From Raillietiella orientalis (Eukaryota): a stretch of 64,000 nucleotides of DNA. This document shows positions 26,701-39,169 of the stretch, one piece after another. A program made the translations under genes and the position numbers. The notes under the pieces are model-generated. The model was given only the letters and a program-made list of their open reading frames with translations, was not told the DNA's origin and ran no database searches. Position 1 is the first letter of the stretch. Each line of letters starts with the position of its first letter. The DNA is taken from positions 1,054,001-1,118,000 of the forward strand of contig JAYWIR010000013.1 in assembly GCA_036172245.1 (NCBI GenBank), given 5' to 3'.

Positions 26701-28119
26701 ATGAAAGGGAGAGCTCTTCACTATCTTGCTGTGTTCTCTTCTTAGGAATAGAATCGCTGGTCATGCTGAGCGACCAATCTGTGGGCGCGCCTTCGTGTGT
26801 CAGCCAGAGGCGGAGAGAGAAGGACGCCCGCAGCTGGCTTGTCATTCTGTGCACCTTGGTCTTCCCACGGGAACGAGGACCCGCAGCGAAAGGTTCTAAC
26901 CAGAGGCGAAGGATGTCGCGCGGGATGCTGGAAGAATGCCGCGTGCTGCAGGATGAAAGCTCGACCCACCTTCACCGTCGTCCCTTGTCTGAGAATTTCC
27001 CTTTTTCACTGTAGAAGAAGAAAAAAAAACTTTCTCTTTGCGTGTCCCTCCAGATTCTCGGGAAAAGCCGGTCCGTTTCCTGGCAACGGGAGCGTTGTCC
27101 TGTTATCTCCTGCGGAGTATGTGGCACAACTCAGGTAACGAGCGGGCCTTATCTGTCTACGAATTCGTTCGTGGCGGCGCGATCCAGCGGATGGGGAAGT
27201 TCGACGGCGACCCAGGGGCACCTCACGTGAGCCGGGGGCCCACGCCTCCCAATGGGAAGCAACGGGGGGGAGGACGGGTGCTCCGGAGCTTCTACTTTCT
27301 CGCCGGCAAACATCTTGCGGATTCCGAAGCATCCCGCATTCTCGGAAGCCGAGCCTGTCTGATTCACTCCCGTCCCCAGAAACGAAGGACCGATAGCCTC
27401 AGACGGGATTTCTCGCCACGCGCCAACTTTGGACTGGCAGTTTGTTTCTTTCTTTCCTCTTCAGGAGACAAAGCCCTCCGGCAGCAGCGGCCTCGGATAA
27501 CAACTCCTTCAAGAGACCGCGACGCCTGCCTTAACGCGCAGCGCTTTTCCCTTCGCACGTGGCATCCACTTGAGGCGTCCCTAGCACTGAGACCATGGAA
27601 ACGGCAAAGCTAACGAGGCGAGCAACAAGGAAATGAGCATTGCCGTTCCCTCAGGATCTCCTGTGGGGTGAGCACCACGGCAAAGATCCGCCGACGCCCA
27701 TCGCTGCAGCTCTCTAACCTTCAAAGGCGGCGGCGGATTCATCCCCTGCTGAACAGAAGGCCATGCGGGGGCGTCATTGGATGGGGACAACGCGGCCGAC
27801 AGTCGGATTGCCCAGCAGGCCGATTCGGTGGAAGGAAAAGCTCTTAGGCCTTCGAAGGCCCTACGTCACGGAATGCGGCACCGGAAATGGAAACGCCGGG
27901 TTGTGCAGGTAGCCCCGCGGTCACATCCCGGTCACTAGCTGCAGACGGACGGCGAAAATCCAAGGCAGGAATCTATGCAAAAGTCCTCAGCAAACCTTCC
28001 TCTTCCCGAAGAAGGAAAACGGAACGGTCCTTCGGCACGAATCCGACGCAGAGGTAACGCCTCTCTGCGGCAGCCGCCGTGGACGCTCCGGAGCGTTTCC
28101 TGGTGAAGTAGCGACACTT

Positions 28120-28760
28120 GCTGTTGCTGGTTGTGGTGGTGACAGTAGTTGACGGCGGAGGAGAAGGCGATGAGTGAATAAGTGGAAGAGGAAGGGAGAG
28201 GGAGAAGATAAGAGGAGGAGGAGACGAGAAAGAGGAAAAGGGAGGAGGAAGACGAAGAGAAAGGGAGGGATGAGAAGGAGGAAGGGAGGAACACAGGAGG
28301 AAACCGCAGAAGGAACTGGCCACGAGGTGGTTCCGTGGACCCTCCGGCCCTCGGTGCCCGTTTCTCCCTATCGACACACGCATCAACTTCCCTGCGCCGG
28401 TCTCGTCTGCCCTTTTCTCCTCCTTCGATCTGGATCGACACGGAACGCCATCCAGCACGGGCACGGGCTTAGCCCCACGTCTCCCATACCGCCCCTCAGT
28501 CTCTGGAAACTTCCGCCCGTGCAGGTGGTCCGCCCGCGCACGCCCCCCGTGGATGCGCCGCTCGAGGCACTATAGGGCTGAGGCCATGCGGGGGTGTCGC
28601 AGCAGGGTCGGGGAGACCAGCGTCTGTGAGAGAGGAGCGCAAAGATGGGGAGCGCCTGCGACTGCGCTGCAGGTGGCAGATGTTGGGTAGGGGTCGGAGT
28701 GGATGCTTTTTGCGCAGGTCCCTCCGCCAGCACGAATATGCCCTCAGGGTGTAGCGACTT
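28120..28760 (-). repeat. Second copy of 4975-5545 (Gypsy integrase end, PPT, LTR start and flanking low-complexity DNA)
   Basis: Long near-identical blocks, for example acacaggaggaaaccgcagaaggaactggccacgaggtggttccgtggaccctccggcc and cactatagggctgaggccatgcgggggtgtcgcagca. The PPT/TG junction is at 28486-28485. Confidence 0.9.
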
Positions 28761-31700
28761 CATGCGGGAACGTTCAGACGCACTGAGGCGCGCAGCAGCC
28801 CGCTGATTCTCGCGCGCCCTTCTCCGGACCTCGCATCTTCGTCTCTTCTGACTCCCACTTTTCCATTGGCTCGGGACGCCTCCTCCGGGCGGGAGTGTTC
28901 GGTGTGCCCTGCCTTCGGGTTCCCGAAGACCCGTCTCGCCTTGACCTGCCTCGCTTTTCGTGACGGGGCGGAGGTGCTGCCACCACGCTGCGGAGAGTCA
29001 CTCCAGCGCTGGCTCCGCGGGCGTCCCTGCACTGCCCCACAGGCGCTGGGAAGACCTGCGCGTTCCGGGTTCGCTCCGCAAGACGTGCGGGCACCTCTGG
29101 TGCCGGGTCAGCTTCGCCAGTCAGCTGTCCTGGCTCACTGGTTCGTTTCCTCTCGTGCCATCGGCGACATCTACTCGCGAGCGTCTTGCCGGGTCCTTTC
29201 CCGGTGGCGCTCCACATTTCACCCGGGCGGGGATGTGGGAGACCTTTTCGGCGCCTTTTTGTTGCCGGCTCGGGCGCAGCGGGTGTCGCCCTCTTCGGCG
29301 CGAGACTTGCGGCGGCCAGTTTTTCATTTATTTTTTTTTCCTTTTATGTATTCATCTATTTATTTCATTTTTCATCTCCTGAGGACGTCTTCCGGTCTCA
29401 CAGTCGAACTTCACCAGGTCAGTGCCGGGGGCGATCAGTTGAAAAGAAATGAAAACGAGCGAGAGAGAAGTGGGTAAAAGCCGGCTTGGCAGCGGTGGCG
29501 TTCCTGAAGCGCGCAACGCCCCCTGGGAGGGAGGGGGAGCAGATCTGCCTACTGGTGGGATTCCGCGCCACCCCCTCCCTTTGCTTCCGTTGCTCCGAGG
29601 CTGGAAAACTCCTGCGTGCAAGCGCAGGCAACTCCCCCTTCTCCCACCACCCTGGTCGCAGAGTGCGGCTCAGGAGCTTCCAACATGCGCGGCAGAGTCT
29701 CCGCGCACCAGCGGCGCTTCCTCTCCCTCTCGGTCCAGCACGATCGGTGGAGCCGCGCAGCGGCCACCGATCGTGCTGAGGGAGAGGGAGAACGAGGGAG
29801 AACCTCCGCAGATGAAGCAGGAAGCAGGACGATGGTGCGCAATGAAGTCTCAGGCAGGAAACCGCTCCGTCCTGGCCTCGGACACTCTGGCGCTTATCCG
29901 CAGGGGGGTTCCAAGCCTCGTCGCGCAGGGTGGTCACTGGGTTCCCTTCCCCTCGTCCTGCTCCCGCCAAAAAGACATCCTTACTATTTAGCCAGGTTTG
30001 TGGCACCGTGCTGGGAATTCCGAAAGGGGAAAGAGGTTCCTGCTTCACTAAGCCAAGTGCAGAGGATGCTTTCCCTCGCATAATGCGTATTCGCGCACGT
30101 TACGGCGCAGAGATGGGCGGCGGCAGCTCTCGTATAATGCGGTGAATGAGTCCCCTCACGATGCCGCGGACAAGTCTCGGTTCCTCTCTTCAGTTTCAGT
30201 TTGGCTGCTTCTCCGAGGGATGCGATGAAAGTTGATCGATTTCTTTTCATTTTAGTGAATCAAGCAGCGGCAGAAGATGTATTTTTCGGCAGCAGGAATG
30301 ATGCATCGACTTTTTAAATTTCCTAATCAAAATGGCAACTGAATGGCTCCTTTCCTACAAATGGAATCTTGGAGAGACACTCAAGAGTCGCAAACTGGGA
30401 CTTGTCGGGGGCAGTGGTTTCGCCATTCAGCGCGCCAAACATGGACCCGGGTATTTGGGAGGAAAAAAAAATGGACGGTTCCGTTGATAAACAAAAGGGA
30501 TGGAGCCACCCGAATCCCCTGTACCGCGTCCTGAATCATTATCCGGTTTCCTGTATGGCACGGAGGCGCAACAGCAAAGGAGAGGACGTTCCAAGGGCGG
30601 CAGTCCTGGTCTTCCAGACGAAGACCCAGCAAAATGATTGACAGCCGAATCGCATCACCTCGAAATGGCCGCGAACTGTCTCATCCTCTCAAGTCAGGCG
30701 GAGGAAGCTGTGCGGGCAGGTGTGTCCGCAGGGGCAGCCGCCTAAACCAGGAACGCCGAACTTGCGGCTCACAGGAAACCACGTGGCGGATGGCCCTTCG
30801 TACACGAGGCTACTCCGTGCCCTCGTGGTCCTCGAAACAGGGCTAGGCAGCGCGTGGAGTATTTGCATGCGGCGACTGGGACGTGAGAAGCTGCAGCTCG
30901 TTCTGCAGCGAGCCCTGCTCTGCTAGATGGCATCACGTGAGCTGGAGGAGTTGCCTCCGGCAAGCCGCCAAAGGACGAGGAAGGCATTTTTTCCCCCTTT
31001 CCGTGACAGAACTGAGGACTTTTGCCGAGTCGCTCGTCCTCTGATCATGCTTCCAAGAGAGGACAGCTCCCAAAACCCGTTCTCTCACAGAGATGCTGGA
31101 GCAGGTGAGTGCGCTGAGATCCTCGTGAAGAGCTTAGGTCGCCGAGTGTCTTTCGCTCGCTTGGAAGAGTTGCATCGTGAGGAGAAGAGACTCTTGCCCG
31201 TTGCAAACATATTGCATTTCAGCAGGTGTCGAACGCATTACCCCGCGCATACTCGGTGAACCGGAATTCCCATGGAAGGGAGGAGGAGGAGGAAGGGAAG
31301 GAGAACGAAAAGGAGGAAGGTAGAACGAAAGGAAAAGGAGAAAGGGGAGGAGGAAGAAGAAAGGAAGAAGAGGGGAAGTTTTTCCTCCTCACGTGTGTGC
31401 ACGCGCTCCAGAGCATTTCATCCTCGTTTCCTTTGCTCCAAGCTGCCAACTGCGCCGCCACTGGGGGGAGCGACCGTTTTGCTCAGCCCAGCCAAGGAAA
31501 CCACGCGGGTGGTGTGGCGGCATCTTGACCAAGGACCGACCTCCGAGCCTGGCGCTGCGCAACGAGGACTGCCGCGTCTTCGTACGGAACGCTGCCTGGC
31601 ATTCGTGGGACTCCGAAGAGGCATGCGGAAGGCAGGGGTGCGTGAAGAGTGGCCGCAGTCTTCCTGGCCTCCAGAGCGGCAGAGTCTCTGATGGGGTCCC

Positions 31701-32110
31701 TGGGAGCCCGACGTCCGCTGGACGGCGGAACGCTTAGAGAACGTGGAGTCACAGCGCCAGGCAGATCTGAAGAACATCCGGAAGATGCGTCATGGGACCA
31801 AGTTCTCAGACAGGATGGACGGCGTATGCGGTTATCAGGAACCCAGTAATGATGTGAGGAGTCTCTGGACGTCGGAGCGACAATCTCCCAGGCAACTGAA
31901 AGCGGTATGGGCCCACCAGGATGATGGGGGACCGATCGGAGATCCCGTTCCCGGTGCAAGCATGCGAGCGAAACTCACCTCTAAGATGCACTGGCTCCAA
32001 GGAGGGGAGGCGGTGCGCCCCGTCCGAGAAGCGTCCCTAACCACACTGCGGCTGAATCCACGTGATCTCATGAGATGGGAATCAGAAACTCAGATCCAGT
32101 GCAAGAAAGC

Positions 32111-32272
32111 TTCCTTGGAAACTGAATTCAAGTGTTCTTCCTTCAAAATTAAATTGAAGAAATCTTTTTTCAAAATTAAATTCAATAAGCCTTCCTTTAA
32201 AATTCAATTTAATAATTTTTTTCCTCAAATCAAAAGTAAGGAATCTTTATTTAAAGTTACTTTCGATCAAGT
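32111..32272. repeat. Degenerate 27-bp tandem repeat, 6 units, AT-rich
   Basis: Units: ttccttggaaactgaattcaagtgttc / ttccttcaaaattaaattgaagaaatc / ttttttcaaaattaaattcaataagcc / ttcctttaaaattcaatttaataattt / ttttcctcaaatcaaaagtaaggaatc / tttatttaaagttactttcgatcaagt. Confidence 0.75.
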
Positions 32273-33948
32273 TTTGGAATTCATCTGAGATTCTTAGTAC
32301 ATGAGGATTGGCTCGCCAAGGGCATCTCTTCAGGATTTGGACCGGATCGTTCGAATTGGAAACGAGTTGTGTCGAACGATCCAGTGAGTGAATCGGAAGC
32401 ACGGATGTTGCCTTCTCTCCCGCCTTGTGAAGGACTCCATCGTGACTGTTGTCGTTGTTGGCGCTACCGCTGTTGTTTCTGTGGATGATCAAGATAGGGA
32501 TGCTGTTCCTTACAGCGGTAGAAGTGCCGTGTTTATCCAGGAGAGTTCGATTCAAGACCTGAATGTCGATCTAAATGTAGAGAAGAGAAGGATTCCGAGA
32601 AGCTTCGAGGTGAAGAAGTAAAATATGAATGGTTGAAAAGGATAAATAAAAGTTGTCAGGGCACTTGGGAAGCTGCGCTCTCTCCCCCGGTTGGAGTTGA
32701 AAGGTGAGAATGATGACCTTGCAGGGGAACGTAGTGATGAAAGTTCAGATGGTGCTGGAGACAAGGAGATCACGAACCTCCAAGCAGGCCTCATTCACAG
32801 AAAGCCAACACGTCGGTGTTCGTGCAAGTGTTAATCGCTTTAACTAGCCACTTCGCCCTACGAGGGGTGAAACTGAGTTGCACCAAGTGAAATAGCTGAC
32901 GAGACCGGAAGGCCAGCACAGAAGCCTCCAAGGAACCTTGCACCACTCCCGGATCGAACCCCCCTCCTTCCGAACCGGGATTCCTGTCGTGGAAGTTCCT
33001 GGAGCTTCCTCTTCTGTGGCGAGGGCGGCACAACTCAACGAAGCTTAGCGCGGTTTGGCTTTCCTTGGTGCTAGTGAACGGCGCTGCGTCTTTCAGGTGT
33101 AGAGTCACTCTGGAATGGAAAGAACTTTCACTGGGTCGTGGCAGTAATGTAGGTTAATGGACAAATTGCATCTCCATCAAAGGAAGACGGAATAATAGAA
33201 AAAAAAAAAAATCTGAGGAAAAAAAAACACAGCATCCACGGTGGAAAATAAAAAGGTAGATAACGAGGCTAACAGTTTCGTTTTTAAACAGACGCCTTTC
33301 GCTTCGGGCGAATTCTAGGGTCATTTTTCCATCGGCAACGGATCCAAGAAACAAAGCCAACCTTATTAAAGTGGGGGACGTCGCCTGCGTTTCGGAACTC
33401 CGCCCTCGTTTTCAAACTTTTTTCATCAACGGAGGTCTCTTCCCAGATGGCTGTTTGCGCCACACGGGAAGAAAAACAAACAAACAAACAAAAATTCCCA
33501 AAGTGCCGAGGAGGAGCCTGAAGAGATTCCACCTCGAACGAAGATACCACCAGAAGTGCACTCAGCAGCAGGCACCGCGGAACGAACGCCATCAAAGCCG
33601 ATGAGGCGTTCCCTTGCTTGGAGGAGAGGACGAAGACACACGGGGCTGAAGAAATACGGAAGACGTCCCGAACGACAACAGTCCGATGAAAAATGGAACC
33701 CACCGATCTCGCATCGCGCAGACGATCGGGAAATCACGGTCCGTGCGGGGAGCGAAGACGGACTGTGCCATCGAACCCGAAGCTCGATCCGTCTGGATTC
33801 AGGTCGAGAGGTCGTGGATTCAAAATGAGCTTCACGAATCGAAAAGGGGCCTCATTTTGACACGGAGGCGTTGAGCTGCCGATGCTCTCACTCCAGGTCT
33901 CCCGAAGATGCGTCTTGTCCCCTTCCTTTGGTCTTTGTTTGCTTTTTT

Positions 33949-34970
33949 CTGCGTAGGCGGCCAAGTGGCTGCTGCGGCCTCCGCGCGTGGCACCAAAGCG
34001 TCACGGGTTCGAATCCCGTCCCAGTCGACACTGAGAATGACAGGTGCGTCAGGGGGACTCGACCCCCCCCCCCCACTCCTCCTTCAGGATAACTCTGGTT
34101 GGCCAGAAGGCTTCGGGTGTAAAACCTCCGGATACCCCCTTTACTGGCTGGGATTGGAAGATGACCCTTGGGGAGGATCCTTCCAGGAATCAGAATCCGG
34201 CTCCTTTCGGGGTTCCCCCCTCCATTAGTGCAAATGGATCTGTTTCCATTCCCTCGGGGAAGGGACCCTCAATCGCGTATCGGCATGGGGCTGGTAGATC
34301 GATGGCATCTCTCCAGAGTGTGAAGAAGAGCTCTGCCCCCGTCGGAGGAACGGACCCTTTAGCGTCCCTTAGGGGTTCTCTTCAGAGGAGGAGGAAGCAG
34401 GGAGAGGTTCCTTTTGGAGAAGAAATCAGAAGAGACCCCCACAAACCGGAGACAACCAGGGTGGGGGTGTTCCCTCGCAGGATTCCTCCCCAGGCATGAG
34501 AGGAACAGACTCTGAGTCCTTCCTGAATTAATAGAGCAGACTCCTCCCGGGGTACCCCCTATCTTGAAGAATTACATACAACTTCGGGTGGCGTGGAACA
34601 GTGCCAAAGAGCTGCGAGAACCGCCTGCAGGGGCGCCACTGCTCTTGAGGTATTCAGCGAACCAAAAAAAAGAAATCCCGGAAAAAAAAAAAAAGCTGAA
34701 AGGAAAAAGGCGAAGACAGAAAAAGAAAATCTCAAAACGGTTTCCATCCCTCTCCCGGGGGCCTGTCTTGAAGAATAGCTGTTGCCGCAGAGCTCGTCCG
34801 GTGGCCCGCGATCCAGACGCTGCGCCCACGACACGTTCCGTCTGCGGCTCTTGCTGCCAGCGTTGTTGCTGCTGCCGCCGGAGGAGAAAGACAAAAGAAA
34901 AGGAAAGGCCTCAAGACCAAGAGCAGAAAGCCATCCTCGCCATGGCTGGCGCTCTGCAAACGCTGATCGC
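33949..34970 (+). mobile_element. tRNA-headed LINE family, copy A (leader 33949-~34760)
   Basis: Head gcgtaggcggccaagtggct...ccgcgcgtggcaccaaagcgtcacgggttcgaatccc (B box 34006-34016). The body and distal part (gggtggcgtggaacagtg...gagctgcgagaaccgcct...ctcttgaggtattcagc...gcgaagacagaaaa...ggtttccatc) align to the reverse complement of 51264-52144. Confidence 0.8.
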
Positions 34971-35249
34971 AGCCTAAGCGCAGCATGACTGGCACCCGTG
35001 AGCACCCCTAAGGAAAGATGGCGGGGAGGGAGGTTGCACAATGGCCGCACGAGAATGGAGGCGACCTTTCGGGAAATTTCCGAAATTTGTTTTTTCCCTT
35101 TTCTGTGCGGCTTTCAGATGAAGAGGAGGAAGAACGAAAAACGTGCAGAGGTGACTCTCTAGCGCCACCTAACCACAGCGCTCTTCCGTTTTCAAGAGTG
35201 GAGTTTCCTGGGGAAAAGTGTTCCTTGGGGTGGCACGCCCTGCGGAAGG

Positions 35250-35790
35250 GGGGGGACCCAGAGTTCAGGAGGAAAGCTCACCCGCCTCTCGCTCCTGCAG
35301 CAGGCGGGATCACTCTCGCTCTAAGGGAGGAGTGGATCCTTAGAGATCGAATTGCAAATCTCTCTCCTGGAGGAAGACGGATGCATCCGTCCGTCCCCTG
35401 TGAAACTTCCAGAGGGAGAGCAGACGCCCGTTGCTGAAAGACCACTGCTCTCCTTTTCGGCGCGACGGCGGCTCCGTGACCTAACGTTTCCTCGATGCTC
35501 TTGGAAGTATCGGAAGGATGGCTCTCCCACAGCGGACGCACGGGCTCCGTCGCTTGAAAACCTCTTCCCCCACACGCGGAGCGCGATGGATCGCACGGTG
35601 GCTGGAAATTCCAAGGTAGTGAAATCACCTTAAGTGGCCGAGGAACCGACGCGCTGGTCTCCCTCCTCGCTCATCTTCCCGCGCACGCGGGAGGTGGCGG
35701 TCGGGAAACTCCGGCGCGTAGGTGCGCTTCCTCAGACAGGCGTGCGGGTCGCTGGGTCCCCGATTGCGCGTGCCAAGCGGGAAGCGTCCA
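35250..35790 (+). mobile_element. Gypsy-type reverse transcriptase N-terminal remnant
   Basis: PEFRRKAHP (PxFxKARP), LLEEDGCIRP (LExxGxIxP), YRKDGS (VxKKDGS), APSLENLF (PxPxxEDLF) and LPQTGV (LPxGV), in RT order across frameshifts. Confidence 0.55.
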
Positions 35791-35839
35791 CGCTCAGGCC
35801 GGGGGTCTCGGGGCTTCCCGCCGCCCTCGCAAACGTAAG

Positions 35840-36340
35840 CGGAGCACTTCCGGGACGTCTCGTAACGCCCCGGTCGCCGTAGGAGCGCACCTGCAGCGCT
35901 CGCACGGGGACCCGAAAGATGGCGCACCCGATGTCTGTCCAGGGAGAAGCCAGAAGGAGCTCTGGCGGAGGTCCGCGGAGGCAATCCCAACGTGCAAACT
36001 GGTCGTAGGGCTAAGGACGAATCGAACCATCTGGTCGCTCTTCCCTCCGAAGTGTCTTTCGGAGTGGCTGGCGATGGTCGAAGCGGGAAGGAGGGGAGTC
36101 TCACCCGGTAAAGCGAATGGGGTCGAGATGACCTCGACCTATTCTCGAACTTAAAGTAGGTGAGAAGTCTGGCTTGCTTGAAGGTTGAAGCTCAGACTGT
36201 CGGACTCACGAGCCCCCAGTGAGTCCGTTTTGGTGAGCAGAACCAGCCCCGTGGGGTGCACCGAACGTCCGATGAGACGTTCATCAGCTTCCATGAAAGC
36301 TGTTGGTTGCTATGGACAGCAGGACGGTGGCCATGAAAGT
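35840..36340 (+). rRNA. Degenerate 28S (LSU) rRNA gene fragment (rDNA pseudogene), conserved core just 3' of the D3 expansion
   Basis: Colinear matches to universal eukaryotic LSU segments: gacccgaaagatgg (35909), gaagccagaaggagctctggcggagg, acgtgcaaa, aatcgaaccatct, ccctccgaagt, ggtaaagcgaatg, acctattctcgaactt, ttttggtgagcagaac, tgttggttg...gacagcaggacggtggccatgaaagt. Many substitutions and several small deletions in invariant regions. The 5' boundary is approximate. Confidence 0.88.
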
Positions 36341-36344
36341 TTTT

Positions 36345-38300
36345 ACTGGGGCATTTATCACTAAAAAATAATAATCAAAGTACACTGAAGTGTTCAAGTG
36401 TGGTGAAACTCGGTTACATCACGTGCTCGGAACTCGCCATGACCGGTAAGTAGACAGGCAAGGTCCGTTTCCACAGCGATGGGGAAGGGAAAACCGGAAA
36501 AGAAAAAAAAAAAGAAAGAAAGAAACAAGCAAAAGAAAAAAGGGAAGTTTTACTGGGGAGGGGAGGGGACCGGTGATGGGATCACGCCTCGCTGACGGGA
36601 GACGTCATTAGCATCCTGTCCAGGATGCTGGCAAGTTCTGCCCTATGTTCACCCAGGTGGGACCATTAGAGGTGGTCCTTAGGAGGATCGCGCCCAGTGG
36701 ATGACGTCCCTTTCATTTTGGCCTCTTCTTTTGGCCTTCCACGCCACCAAGATCCCACGAGGACAGCGCAGCACTGCAAGGGACGCAACTGGAAGCATTG
36801 CGGCACGCACCAAGAGGCGTTTGCAAATGTCCTTGGGATTCCTAGGGTCGCCGACAAGTGACCCCAAAGGGGACGGAGGGGTGGCACAGACTAGCAGAAG
36901 GTGCAGGAGGGTCTCCTTCTTCCCGCACCTGTCGCACTCAGCACCCACCTTCCCCCGGATCCAATGATGAAGGTGCTCTTTGCATGGGATGGCAGTCACA
37001 GAAGCCGGAACCCGCCGAGAAGTGTCCTCAGTGGCTCACCTGAGAAAAAATGGCTCTGGAGAGTCGATCCTGCACCGAAGAGCAGGGACAGAGCCATACT
37101 GCCTTCTGGAGGTGGCGCACCGCCTCCAGAAGCCGACAGGTCGGTCAGGTTTCGGTGAGTAGGGGAGTCGCAACGGTGCGCGCGCAGAAGGGTTCGGGCA
37201 CGACGCGAGATCGCCTGGAGACACCTCCGGCAAAGGGGGCAGCAGCAAACAATCCAGCGAGATCCCTGGAACGTGGTGGAGGGTTCCACGTGGACAACCT
37301 TCGGGCACGGTTCAATCGACTCCAAGTCCTCGGAGAATGAAGATGAAAGGGGATGGAAGTGACGAAGCTCCGGCGCCCGTTCAAGAAGTGGTCGCCCGAA
37401 TACACACAACTCTGCAGAAGAGGACTTTGGAGCCGCATTCCCGTTGCGGGACAACATTTGGGCCATCAAAAGGGTTTTTGCCTCGTTTCCGGGGTAGACA
37501 AAGTGGGAGGCCGAAACGACCTTACTTTGACTACCCCGGAAGTACCAGGACGAAGGGAAGGCGGCGGCCATTCTAAATGTTTCGCGCCCTTTTGGTCAGC
37601 CGGCAGCAGACTTGGAAGAGGGGGAGGTTGACTTCCCTCACCAAGGAGTGTCCTCAGCATCAAGAAGAGCTCCCGCAGCATATTCCCCCGCGGTCTGGGG
37701 AGGCGAGAAAACGGAGGGCTCGGCAAAGACGAGAGGAGAAAACTAGAGAGGGAATGGTGGAAACTCTTGAACAGCTCCTGGAGGACGAGCCCTTCCACTT
37801 GCTCGTACCCCATTCATCAACATGAAAGTAACCAGCAAGATGCTCCCATGTGCCGATCTTCTGATGCTCCCCCCAAAATGCTTCCCAATTCTGTGAGGAT
37901 CCGTTCCCATCGTAGGTCCGAACTGCAGTATTTCCAGTCCAGACGGTCTCACTGAATACACGCAGGTCTCCGGCGGCTGGAGAATGCGGATGCCCACTTC
38001 ATTGACCGGAAAAGTCTTCCTTGCTCCCCCAGTGCAGTGCAGGTCGGAACACTTCATTGAATCCGCAGAAAGTCCAGCTCTGGGACAAAGATCTTTCAGC
38101 ATCCTGGGGAACTTTCTCAGAAGACATTCCGACTTGCGCCAACGTCAGCAAGGAGCTGCACTCGAAACGAAGGCCCTCATCACGCTCAGAATGCACGCGC
38201 AATTGAGTAATTGGGAGCTCATTGCTTCGAATCCCACGAGGGTTGTGACACTCCTTGTACAGTGTTGATTATTGGCCTGGACGGAGAAGAAGGAAACTTC
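36345..38300 (-). mobile_element. L1/Tx1-like LINE remnant: RT core to C-terminal CCHC zinc motif and 3' UTR
   Basis: Minus strand: TVQGVSQ (GVxQG), VQLLADV (YADD), LCPRAGL...KC (GLxxNxxK), then IPCKEHLHHW...ECDRCGKKETLLHLLLVC (CX2CX7HX4C). The 3' UTR is homologous to 395-790 and 47470-47680. Confidence 0.75.
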
Positions 38301-38689
38301 GAAAAAGGTCGCGCACCACCCGCACGTGAATCTTCCCATTCTGCTGCCTGTGGCGCGACGTTCAACCCGCACGCGACGTCATCCCGAACGCGTTCAAAAG
38401 ATGCCCAGTTTCAGTGCAGGGATCCCGCCAGACAACTCAGGTCTCTCGATCTGTTCTTCCGGAAGACGAAATTTGGCTCTAGGGCTCCGTCGAATGGTGT
38501 GTAAAAATCCCTTCCGTCGAGAGGACAGATAACGTCATCGCCAAAAATGTCTTGCATCATTTACCAGTTTTTTTTAAAATAAATATATATATATATATGT
38601 ATGTACATCGGACTTCTGAGTCTTTTGCGAGAACCCCGAGCACGTTGGCTGGAAGGCTCCCTGTGCGTCAGCTGCCGGATGGCAATGGG

Positions 38690-39110
38690 GGCACGACCCA
38701 GATTGCGAATTGTGAAGCGAGCGCCATCTGAAGAGGTAATCTACCATCTCGGTCTTAGAGTCACGCCAGAAGCTGATTTGCTCATTGACTACAATGCGAC
38801 GTCAAGCACAATTTATCTCTGTGCGATTGAATTGATCAGCTGCCCGCCTCTTTGTGTGAGTATCTTTAGCATTTATTCCGGAAGTCGTTTTCAGCCCCTG
38901 AGATCATCATCGGCCATGCATCTCACCACAACGAATTCTCACTTCCTCCGAACCTATTTGGGCAAGTTGCCGAAAGAAGGAACAAACATTTTCTCTTTGC
39001 TTAACTGCTACACCGCACCTCACATCTCGCATCTGAATCCGAGATGTGAGGTGCATCTGAATCCCATTTACCTGACTTATAAGCTCCCGCTGTCCTTTGT
39101 TGTTGGGTAA
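38690..39110 (+). mobile_element. Possible non-LTR RT thumb-region fragment
   Basis: ORF 38601-39110: EEVIYHLG (YLG)...PPL...FLRTYLGKLPK...YTAP resembles the post-RT pattern of R2/NeSL-like elements. The clade cannot be determined. Confidence 0.35.
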
Positions 39111-39169
39111 GTGCCCCTAGAGCATCCCCAGTCTTCCTGGACCCAACCGTTGCACTGGTGGAATCCCGG

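Noticed and set aside
3300..31700. Numerous long overlapping ORFs (200-430 aa) rich in R/G/P/A/S
   Set aside because: They occur in all six frames because high GC depletes stop codons. No coherent domains are visible beyond the TE motifs listed.
33949..34025. Functional tRNA genes at the B-box-containing heads (also 46167, 23716, 22500, 52144, 48620)
   Set aside because: No closed cloverleaf or acceptor stem and no oligo(T) terminator. Each continues into the same repeat body.
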